Part shown: piece by piece, positions 1-10,767 of the stretch | How positions within the stretch are numbered: position 1 is the stretch's first letter | Layout: every line of letters begins with the position of its first letter | Assembly: GCA_950097015.1 (NCBI GenBank) | Contig: CATNEN010000025.1 | Coordinates: forward strand, 7,688,001-7,752,000 | Reading direction: 5' to 3' | DNA: 64,000 nucleotides | Source: Macrostomum hystrix | Taxonomy: Eukaryota > Animalia > Platyhelminthes | Notes under the pieces: model-generated | Databases searched by the model: none | Told to the model about the DNA's origin: nothing | What the model saw: the letters and a program-made list of their open reading frames with translations, nothing else | Translations under genes and position numbers: made by a program

Positions 1-3000
1 GTCTGTATTTTGAAGTGTCTGTATTTTGAAGTGTCTGTATTTTGAAGTTTCTGTATTTTGAAGTTTCTGTATTTTGAAGTGTCTGTATTTTGAAGTGTCT
101 GTATTTTGAAGTGTCTGTATTTTGAAGTTTCTGTATTTTGAAGTGTCTGTATTTTGAAGTGTCTGTATTTTGAAGTTTCTGTATTTTGAAGTTTCTGTGT
201 TTTGAAGTTTCTGTATTTTGAAGTGTCTGTATTTTGAAGTGTCTGTATTTTGAAGTGTCTGTATTTTGAAGTTTCTGTGTTTTGAAGTTTCTGTATTTTG
301 AAGTGTCTGTGTTTTGAAGTGTCTGTATTTTGAAGTGTCTGTATTTTGAAGTTTCTGTATTTTGAAGTTTCTGTATTTTGAAGTGTCTGTATTTTGAAGT
401 GTCTGTATTTTGAAGTTTCTGTATTTTGAAGTTTCTGTGTTTTGAAGTTTCTGTATTTTGAAGTGTCTGTATTTTGAAGTGTCTGTATTTTGAAGTTTCT
501 GTATTTTGAAGTGTCTGTATTTTTAAGTGTCTGTATTTTGAAGTTTCTGTATTTTGAAGTGTCTGTATTTTGAAGTGTCTGTATTTTGAAGTTTCTGTAT
601 TTTGAAGTGTCTGTATTTTGAAGTGTCTGTATTTTGAAGTTTCTGTATTTTAAAGTGTCTGTATTTTGAAGTTTCTGTATTTTAAAGTGTCTGTATTTTG
701 AAGTGTCTGTATTTTGAAGTGTCTGTATTTTGAAGTGTCTGTATTTTGAAGTTTCTGTATTTTGAAGTGTCTGTATTTTGAAGTTTCTGTATTTTGAAGT
801 GTCTGTATTTTGAAGTTTCTGTATTTTGAAGTTTCTGTATTTTGAAGTTTCTGTATTTTGAAGTTTCTGTATTTTGAAGTGTCTGTATTTTGAAGTTTCT
901 GTATTTTGAAGTTTCTGTATTTTGAAGTGTCTGTATTTTGAAGTGTCTGTATTTTGAAGTGTCTGTATTTCGAAGTGTCTGTATTTTGAAGTGTCTGTAT
1001 TTTGAAGTTTCTGTATTTTGAAGTTTCTGTATTTTGAAGTGTCTGTATTTTAAAGTGTCTGTATTTTGAAGTTTCTGTATTTTGAAGTGTCTGTATTTTG
1101 AAGTTTCTGTATTTTGAAGTTTCTGTATTTTGAAGTTTCTGTATTTTGAAGTTTCTGTATTTTGAAGTTTCTGTATTTTGAAGTTTCTGTATTTTGAAGT
1201 GTCTGTATTTTGAAGTTTCTGTATTTTGAAGTTTCTGTATTTTGAAGTGTCTGTATTTTGAAGTGTCTGTATTTTGAAGTGTCTGTATTTCGAAGTGTCT
1301 GTATTTTGAAGTGTCTGTATTTTGAAGTTTCTGTATTTTGAAGTGTCTGTATTTTGAAGTGTCTGTATTTTAAAGTGTCTGTATTTTGAAGTTTCTGTAT
1401 TTTGAAGTGTCTGTATTTTGAAGTTTCTGTATTTTGAAGTTTCTGTATTTTGAAGTTTCTGTATTTTGAAGTTTCTGTATTTTGAAGTTTCTGTATTTTG
1501 AAGTTTCTGTATTTTGAAGTTTCTGTATTTTGAAGTGTCTGTATTTTGAAGTTTCTGTATTTTGAAGTTTCTGTATTTTGAAGTTTCTGTATTTTGAAGT
1601 GTCTGTATTTTGAAGTGTCTGTATTTTGAAGTGTCTGTATTTCGAAGTGTCTGTATTTTGAAGTGTCTGTATTTTGAAGTGTCTGTATTTTGAAGTTTCT
1701 GTATTTTCAAGTGTCTGTATTTTGAAGTGTCTGTATTTTGAAGTGTCTGTATTTTGAAGTTTCTGTATTTTGAAGTTTCTGTATTTTGAAGTGTCTGTAT
1801 TTTGAAGTGTCTGTATTTTGAAGTGTCTGTATTTTGAAGTGTCTGTACTTTGAAGTTTCTGTATTTTGAAGTGTCTGTATTTTGAAGTTTCTGTATTTTG
1901 AAGTTTTTGTATTTTGAAGTTTCTGTATTTTGAAGTGTCTGTATTTTGAAGTGTCTGTATTTTGAAGTGTCTGTATTTTGAAGTTTCTGTATTTTGAAGT
2001 TTCTGTATTTTGAAGTGTCTGTATTTTGAAGTGTCTGTATTTTGAAGTGTCTGTATTTTGAAGTTTCTGTATTTTGAAGTGTCTGTATTTTGAAGTGTCT
2101 GTATTTTGAAGTTTCTGTATTTTGAAGTTTCTGTGTTTTGAAGTTTCTGTATTTTGAAGTGTCTGTATTTTGAAGTGTCTGTATTTTGAAGTGTCTGTAT
2201 TTTGAAGTTTCTGTGTTTTGAAGTTTCTGTATTTTGAAGTGTCTGTGTTTTGAAGTGTCTGTATTTTGAAGTGTCTGTATTTTGAAGTTTCTGTATTTTG
2301 AAGTTTCTGTATTTTGAAGTGTCTGTATTTTGAAGTGTCTGTATTTTGAAGTTTCTGTATTTTGAAGTTTCTGTGTTTTGAAGTTTCTGTATTTTGAAGT
2401 GTCTGTATTTTGAAGTGTCTGTATTTTGAAGTTTCTGTATTTTGAAGTGTCTGTATTTTTAAGTGTCTGTATTTTGAAGTTTCTGTATTTTGAAGTGTCT
2501 GTATTTTGAAGTGTCTGTATTTTGAAGTTTCTGTATTTTGAAGTGTCTGTATTTTGAAGTGTCTGTATTTTGAAGTTTCTGTATTTTAAAGTGTCTGTAT
2601 TTTGAAGTTTCTGTATTTTAAAGTGTCTGTATTTTGAAGTGTCTGTATTTTGAAGTGTCTGTATTTTGAAGTGTCTGTATTTTGAAGTTTCTGTATTTTG
2701 AAGTGTCTGTATTTTGAAGTTTCTGTATTTTGAAGTGTCTGTATTTTGAAGTTTCTGTATTTTGAAGTTTCTGTATTTTGAAGTTTCTGTATTTTGAAGT
2801 TTCTGTATTTTGAAGTGTCTGTATTTTGAAGTTTCTGTATTTTGAAGTTTCTGTATTTTGAAGTGTCTGTATTTTGAAGTGTCTGTATTTTGAAGTGTCT
2901 GTATTTCGAAGTGTCTGTATTTTGAAGTGTCTGTATTTTGAAGTTTCTGTATTTTGAAGTTTCTGTATTTTGAAGTGTCTGTATTTTAAAGTGTCTGTAT

Positions 3001-4790
3001 TTTGAAGTTTCTGTATTTTGAAGTGTCTGTATTTTGAAGTTTCTGTATTTTGAAGTTTCTGTATTTTGAAGTTTCTGTATTTTGAAGTTTCTGTATTTTG
3101 AAGTTTCTGTATTTTGAAGTTTCTGTATTTTGAAGTGTCTGTATTTTGAAGTTTCTGTATTTTGAAGTTTCTGTATTTTGAAGTGTCTGTATTTTGAAGT
3201 GTCTGTATTTTGAAGTGTCTGTATTTCGAAGTGTCTGTATTTTGAAGTGTCTGTATTTTGAAGTTTCTGTATTTTGAAGTGTCTGTATTTTGAAGTGTCT
3301 GTATTTTAAAGTGTCTGTATTTTGAAGTTTCTGTATTTTGAAGTGTCTGTATTTTGAAGTTTCTGTATTTTGAAGTTTCTGTATTTTGAAGTTTCTGTAT
3401 TTTGAAGTTTCTGTATTTTGAAGTTTCTGTATTTTGAAGTTTCTGTATTTTGAAGTTTCTGTATTTTGAAGTGTCTGTATTTTGAAGTTTCTGTATTTTG
3501 AAGTTTCTGTATTTTGAAGTTTCTGTATTTTGAAGTGTCTGTATTTTGAAGTGTCTGTATTTTGAAGTGTCTGTATTTCGAAGTGTCTGTATTTTGAAGT
3601 GTCTGTATTTTGAAGTGTCTGTATTTCGAAGTGTCTGTATTTTGAAGTGTCTGTATTTTGAAGTTTCTCTATTTTGAAGTTTCTGTATTTTGAAGTGTCT
3701 GTATTTTAAAGTGTCTGTATTTTGAAGTTTCTGTATTTTGAAGTGTCTGTATTTTGAAGTTTCTGTATTTTGAAGTTTCTGTATTTTGAAGTTTCTGTAT
3801 TTTGAAGTTTCTGTATTTTGAAGTTTCTGTATTTTGAAGTTTCTGTATTTTGAAGTTTCTGTATTTTGAAGTGTCTGTATTTTGAAGTGTCTGTATTTTG
3901 AAGTTTCTGTATTTTGAAGTTTCTGTATTTTGAAGTGTCTGTATTTTGAAGTGTCTGTATTTTGAAGTGTCTGTATTTCGAAGTGTCTGTATTTTGAAGT
4001 GTCTGTATTTTGAAGTTTCTGTATTTTGAAGTTTCTGTATTTTGAAGTGTCTGTATTTTGAAGTGTCTGTATTTTGAAGTTTCTGTATTTTGAAGTTTCT
4101 GTGTTTTGAAGTTTCTGTGTTTTGAAGTTTCTGTATTTTGAAGTTTCTGTGTTTTGAAGTTTCTGTATTTTGAAGTTTCTGTATTTTGAAGTGTCTGTAT
4201 TTTGAAGTGTCTGTATTTTGAAGTGTCTGTATTTTGAAGTGTCTGTATTTTGAAGTTTCTGTATTTTGAAGTTTCTGTATTTTGAAGTTTCTGTATTTTG
4301 AAGTTTCTGTGTTTTGAAGTTTCTGTGTTTTGAAGTGTCTGTATTTTGAAGTTTCTGTATTTTGAAGCTTCTGTATTTTGAAGTGTCTGTATTTTGAAGT
4401 TTCTGTATTTTGAAGTGTCTGTATTTTGAAGTTTCTGTATTTTGAAGTGTCTGTATTTTGAAGTTTCTGTGTTTTGAAGTTTCTGTATTTTGAAGTTTCT
4501 GTATTTTGAAGTTTCTGTATTTTGAAGTGTCTGTATTTTGAAGTTTCTGTATTTTGAAGTTTCTGTATTTTGAAGTTTCTGTATTTTGAAGTTTCTGTAT
4601 TTTGAAGTTTCTGTATTTTGAAGTTTCTGTATTTTGAAGTGTCTGTATTTTGAAGTTTCTGTATTTTGAAGTGTCTGTATTTTGAAGTTTCTGTATTTTG
4701 AAGTTTCTGTATTTTGAAGTTTCTGTATTTTGAAGTTTCTGTGTTTTGAAGTTTCTGTGTCTTGTAGTTTCTGTGTTTTGAGGTTTTTAA
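1..4790. repeat. 16-bp tandem array (G/T)TCTGTATTTTGAAGT, continues past the window edge
   Basis: 16-bp period visible from base 1. The ORFs 682..1710 and 3669..4814 are translations of this repeat. Confidence 0.98.
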
Positions 4791-5230
4791 ATTAATTGAG
4801 CAGACAAGCAACATTCCCTCACATCTAGATCACAATGTTCTCAAAGAAGACCTATAATTCCGTTTTAAAATGTAAGTCAAGACAAAACGGCTCCATGAAA
4901 TTTGAGTTTGAAATAATTCCAGCAGTCACGCCATCGGTGTTAAAGCCCTCCCTCCCTTTATCTCTATATAGAAACTGACTTTTATTGCCCCGAGGCCGGT
5001 ATGATCGACTAATAAAAAAAGGCTTCTTAACTGTCCGGCTTTTGAGAAACGGCTGATTTTTATTTTAATCAACTGGTTGATATGCATTAGAGCCTTTGTT
5101 TAATTGTTTTAGTCTCGTAAAATTTATATGACTAATCTCTACCTTTACCTTGGCTTTACCGGGCTTCCTATTTATTTCACTTGCCTTGTCTAAGATTCGC
5201 ACAGATTTTTTATTGCTGAATGTAGAATTA

Positions 5231-5760
5231 CACTGAAGGATCAGGGGGCGGAGACAACCCTACACTGAAGGATCAGGGGGCGGAGACAACCCTACACTGA
5301 AGGATCAGGGGGCGGAGGCAACCCTACACTGAAGGTTCAGGGGGCGGAGGCAACCCTACACTGAAGGATCAGGGGGCGGAGGCAACCCTACACTGAAGGA
5401 TCAGGGGGCGGAGGCAACCCTACACTGAAGGATCAGGGGGCGGAGGCAACCCTACACTGAAGGATCAGGGGGCGGAGACAACCCTACACTGAAGGATCAG
5501 GGGGCGGAGGCAACCCTACACTGAAGGTTCAGGGGGCGGAGGCAACCCTACACTGAAGGATCAGGGGGCGTAGGCAACCCTACACTGAAGGATCAGGGGG
5601 CGGAGACAATCCTACGACGTACACGGAAGGATCAGGGGGCGGAGACAACCCTACACTGAAGGATCAGGGGGCGGAGACAACCCTACACTGAAGGATCAGG
5701 GGGCGGAGGCAACCCTACACTGAAGGTTCAGGGGGCGGAGGCAACCCTACACTGAAGGAT
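5231..5760. repeat. 32-bp minisatellite CACTGAAGGATCAGGGGGCGGAG(A/G)CAACCCTA
   Basis: Units start at 5231, 5263 and so on; about 16 copies. Confidence 0.96.
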
Positions 5761-6349
5761 TGTTCTGCTGCCCAGCTGATTATTCACAGAGTTATTGCTG
5801 AGAGATCAAGGAACAGCAGGGGGTGGTAATGTTTTAATCAAAAGTCAAATCGGAAGGCATCTCTCAAGGCACACTTTCTTGTGTTTAAGAAACATAGAGC
5901 GATCTTAATTAAATCTCACTTTTCAAGTTATTACGCAATTTTCATGCTGACTAGCACATTAATTATTTTCTACAAATCTCAACAATTGTAACCAATTTTC
6001 AATCGGTTTTGACTCCCTGGTGTGAGTGAGTCGCGTTGTCTCAGCGGGAATCGGCACTTAAAGCCTCTTTAATTAATGGCTTTGAAAATTGGCCAAGCTA
6101 CCATTGGTAATGATGAGCAATTAACAGTTTTTCGAAATCACACTACTGGCAGTAGTACAGATAAAGATTCGCGAATCATCATTAGAAAATCACAATATCA
6201 CTGTCAGAAATATGGCTACCAATTTTAAACAATAATAAAACAATTTTCTCGGTGCTAAATCTGTATACTCGTAGTTTTTCATCTCTACGATAAATAAAAA
6301 TCTGATAAAAAGCCTTCACACGCTACTCACAAGTAGGCAAAGTCAGCTA

Positions 6350-6514
6350 GACATTTTCTGGGGACGCAGTACCTCTGGGTTAAAGTCGGGATAGTATTTC
6401 AACTGCACCTGGCCGGGAACTGATACGCGGGGGTGTCCACCTCAAGCATACGATTCGAACTCGCGACCTCTCTTCAAGAAGTCCGAAGCTGTAACTACTG
6501 GGCTAAAAAATGCC
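6350..6514 (-). mobile_element. tRNA-derived SINE-like fragment, a different family from the 14.6-32 kb SINEs
   Basis: The minus strand reads TAGCCCAGTAGTT (A-box-like) ... GAGTTCGAATC (B-box) with tRNA-like spacing, followed by about 100 bp of unrelated body. No complete cloverleaf acceptor stem seen. Confidence 0.55.
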
Positions 6515-6594
6515 TCCAGGAGTAGTAGCATTATCTAATACATTGGACATAAGCCTATCAGGCCCTGGTTAGCTCCATCCACTGTTCATTTGTC

Positions 6595-6639
6595 TCAGAC
6601 ACAAAACTCCCTGGCTGATAACCACGAGCGCCCGTAAGT

Positions 6640-6676
<37 letters not shown>

Positions 6677-6961
6677 GGCGTCGCAGACGAAAAAGCGTTC
6701 TCAGCCGCAATCGCAACGGCTATGCCATCACCGTCCGACTCGACATCGTCGTCCTCCGTGTCGCTGCTCGTCGACGTAGCCGATAGGCGACTCGGTCGGC
6801 GCGGGTCGGCAGCGGCAGCGTCTAGCGACCGACTGCGCCTTCGATGTCGGCGGCTGAGCAGTTGGGCCTGCGGTCCTGGTCTGGCAGATGAGGTCCAGTG
6901 TTGGCTCAGGTGCTGATACTGGAGATGCGGCTGCAGCGGTTGGTTGTAGCAATAATTGGGA

Positions 6962-6996
<35 letters not shown>

Positions 6997-9237
6997 AATC
7001 AGTCGCTGGTTGAGCGGCGAACAAGGATAAGATCGCTGGCGACAATCGACAAATCTACGCTGCATCGGCAGTGTCGGAGCCTTGGAAATGGAGAAAAATA
7101 ACAGTTTAACGCATCGTTTTTGTATGAACTTTCATTTGGGCTGATTGAGTACACTGCCCGTGAGAGACCGTTAGAAAGTCCTGGCAGATGTCTGTGTGAG
7201 TGTGTGCTCACACACATTATTATTATTATATTTATAATATTGACTTACAACAACTTCATGCACGGTCGTTGCCATGGCAACCGTCGGCGCCTGCGTTGTT
7301 GTCACCGTCCCACCAGTCGTTGCCGCCTTCTCCTCCCGTCGCTGCCGGCGCGCTTGTTGAAGCTGGCGCCAGAAGACAGCTCCAGTCAGCGCCATCGATA
7401 GAGCCAGGATGCTGGTACAGCCGGCTGCCAGAACCAGCCTACGCCAGGTTGGCCTGGCGAATTCGGCGAACGACTGGCTCAAATCATCCATTGTCCCAGG
7501 CTTCGGGCACAACGCCGACGCTTCAGGACAAGTTGACGCCGATGTCAAAAAAACTTCGGCGGCATTGCCACAGTGTCTTCGAAGGTCCAGACAGTAGCCG
7601 GTGGAGCAGGCGGCTTCGATGGGCGCCTGACGGCATTGACGACCGAGGCGAAGATCGACGGTGGCGGAGGGGGCGTCTTTGGACGAATGTCGAAGCCTGG
7701 CCCGGCAGGTGTAGCGTCCGGCGAATAGAGGCCCCATGGAGGTGATGAGGAGCTGGCTGGCGTGATAGGCTGGGCGAGAGGCCATTCCTGCCACTGCGGC
7801 CTCTTGCGACCCGGCCTCTCTGAGAGCGGGTGTGATGAGCGGGTGGGATGAGCGGGTGTGATGAGCGGGTGTGATGAGCGGGTGGGATGAGCGGGTGTGA
7901 TGAGCGGGTGGGATGAGCGGGTGTGATGAGCGGGTGGGATGAGCGGGTGGGATGAGCGGGTGTGATGAGCGGGTGGGATGAGCGGGTGTGATGAGCGGGT
8001 GTGATGAGCGGGTGTGATGAGCGGGAAGGATTCAGAAAGTTCGCATTTATTATGAAATAAAGGCGAAAATATAAGAAGAAAATCTTTAGAAATAAATTTC
8101 TTTACGGCGCCCTATTTCTGAGGACTGCAGCGTTTCTAGGCACAATTCTAGAGACTCGGAAATACCAACGGAACACTGCAAAAGCGAACATGGCGTCAAC
8201 AATACCAGCATGGGATGTGGAGATGCTGTAAATTTCCGCTCTCTCTCTTCCTCCTCTGAATCGTGTGTGTTATTCAGCTGTCGGTAGGAAAAGAAAAACA
8301 TACGGCATACATCCTCTCTCCATTCGGCATCGAGGGCTGTCCCAATCCGCTCCGGCCCTGACCCTTGAGGAGCGAGTTTCGGCGGCACAGCTGACACTTC
8401 ATGCGAGTATTTATTATTGCAGACTTGTATAGTGACACTTTCTGGTCGGATAGAATTCAGGAATGCCGCCTGCTAAAGCTTTCGCGACACGTAAGCAAAC
8501 CGCGGATCGTGTCTTCTGACACACGGGCAGGCCGCATTTTTTAGCTGCTTTCGATCCTTTTATCTCTGCGCGACAGAGAAAAATATCTTGCAAAACTTTG
8601 TTTGCTATGCGTTTGTATGGCTTTTTTATAAAAGGGGCAGGTGCAGGGAATGAGATGGGTGTTATGTTTGAGGGTTGTTGCAGAATGGGCAGGGAGTGAG
8701 ATGGGTGTTTAATTAAGGGTCGGCGCAGGAGGGGCAGGGAGTGAGATGGGTTTTGAGTTCGGGGGTTGGCGCAGGATGGGCAGGGAGTGAGATGGGTGTA
8801 AAGTTTGGGGGTTGGCGCAGGAGGGGCAGGGAGTGAGATGGGTGTAAAGTTTGGGGGTTGGCGCAGGAGGGGCAGGGAGTGAGATGGGTGTAAAGTTTGG
8901 GGGTTGGCGCAGGAGGGGCAGGGAGTGAGATGGGTGTAAAGTTTGGGGGTTGGCGCAGGAGGGGCAGGGAGTGAGATGGGTGTAAAGTTTGGGGGTTGGC
9001 GCAGGAGGGGCAGGGAGTGAGATGCATGAAAAACACCCCTCAGAATCAGGCAACAAATACCTAGAACAATTTCCATTCATACCCGCGAAAAGTCCACGTC
9101 AGCGAGTCCGGATCAGCGAGGCTGATGTTTGTTACAATGCACATGAGGTGTACCGCGGCGCCAGCCCGACTGTACAGCACACCGCTGGGCTGCAGCTCTA
9201 GCAGCGGATGCAGTTGAAGCGACATTTCTGTGTGCAT
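6595..9237 (-). CDS. Type I membrane protein, about 403 aa: Ig domain, 6-Cys module, TM helix and polyQ cytoplasmic tail (neuregulin-like architecture)
   Basis: Exons 9237-9083, 7819-7249 and 7080-6595 with GT-AG junctions and matching phases (2, 0). The spliced Ig domain reads GAAVHLMCIV..LTWTFRG/...SQLLITSMGPLFAGRYTC. TM segment LVLAAGCTSILALSMALTGAVFW followed by RQLQQARR. C-terminus ...EFCV. Confidence 0.75.
7824..8026. repeat. 13-bp intronic minisatellite GAGCGGGTG(T/G)GAT
   Basis: 13-bp period; directly abuts the 7819 splice acceptor. Confidence 0.95.
8625..9024. repeat. 46-bp G-rich intronic minisatellite
   Basis: Unit GGCGCAGGAGGGGCAGGGAGTGAGATGGGTGTAAAGTTTGGGGGTT, starts at 8768, 8814 and so on. 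Confidence 0.95.
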
Positions 9238-10231
9238 ATCGGAATGGAAAATCTACTGTTTTCAGCATTTCACGGGCGGATAATAGTTATAGACATTTTA
9301 ATGACTTACCTGCTTATTGTTGCCAATTGGTCAGTCCAGCAGCCTCAATGGACCTCAGTCACAATGCTTCAGTCAACAGGCTCACGATTATATCCTCAGT
9401 AAAATGTGTTCCCTTTACTGAGGATTGGGACTTTGGAATCGGGGTATGAGAGAAAAATCTATACGCCAGTTATTTTCGTCCAATCGTTGCTTGCAAAAAA
9501 GGCCAAATGTCCCCTAACTGCAAGGTGAAAACGGAGTGGGATTATAATGAAATAAAACGGCCCTTAAAATCTCATCGCAATAGCATTTCGATGGATAATA
9601 AAAATGAAAATAAAAGTGTTGTTATAATTCTCCCCATTAGTGGTGTTAATCTAGACTTGCAGTAAATTTGCATGGGGTATGGGGTAGGGAGTAAAGGGAC
9701 AGCATGGATATTTCACGTATAGAACAGGTTCGCGTGTGACTGTCAGTCATCAGAAATTTTCTACATTATTATTCTCGTAATTCTTTTCGAATACTAGTAC
9801 AAGCTGTTACAGCTGTGATACTGCGTAGCATTGTGAGGACTTACACTCGGACAAGCAAGGAACTTGATTAATACCCCGAGTAAGGAGTCAGTCATTAACA
9901 ATTTGCTGCTTTCGATAAATCCTTCGGAAAAAAAAGAAAAAAAACAACTTTAGCGTTAAGTCCGTGGAACAAGTTTTATAATAATTTTTAGCAGTATATT
10001 GGCCAAGCTCCAATTAGAACGTTTTAGTTTACATTGCGTATTCTTTTAAGGAAAAAAAATATTTTTTTAAAGAATTAAAAAATTAATTGTCATCTAATGG
10101 AGTGACTGAAAATTTATTTATTGCAACTTCAAAAGAGCAATAAAAACGTACATTAAGAATGCATTGTAATCAACACTTATTTTTCCGAAGTTCATATGCA
10201 ATTTAATTTGTAATTCAAATGGGACGAGATG

Positions 10232-10543
10232 GATGCTGGAGGATAGGGTGTTAGGGGTTTATTTAGTGAGGTGGGTGATAGAGGATAGGGTTTTAAGGGA
10301 TTATGGAGTGAGGTGGGTGATAGAGGATAGGGTTTTAAGGGATTATGGAGTGAGGTGGGTGATAGAGGATAGGGTGTTAAGGGTTTATGGGGTGAGGTGG
10401 GTCATGGAGGATAGGGTGTTAAGGGTTTATGGGGTGTGGTGGGTGATGGAGGATAGGGTGTTAAGGGTTTATGGGGTGAGGTGGGTCATGGAGGATAGGG
10501 TGTTAAGGGTTTATGGAGTGAGGTGGGTGATGGAGGATAGGGT
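10232..10543. repeat. 42-bp G-rich minisatellite
   Basis: ORF 10233..10586 shows a 14-aa period (VRWVMEDRVLRVYG). Confidence 0.93.
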
Positions 10544-10767
10544 AGAATTGCTTTTGGAGAGAAACGGGTTCATTAATGTAATTTAAGCGAGAACAACTCT
10601 GTGTTATAAATTTCAATATGAGAGTTAATGACACTTTGTACAAAGTTTCATTCTCGCCGATGAGAATCGATCGCGAGGTAGTTGAACCTCAGTGGGTCAT
10701 GTTTGTCTCTAAAGATCACAGCTCGGAATCACCAGAGTTGCACCACTCTCAATTCTGTCTCCCAATG

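Noticed and set aside
682-4814. 342-aa and 381-aa ORFs
   Set aside because: Translations of the 16-bp satellite, with no codon-level or domain evidence.
6445-6510. Functional tRNA gene
   Set aside because: A and B boxes are present but I could not form an acceptor stem; treated as a SINE head. The same applies to the four SINE copies.
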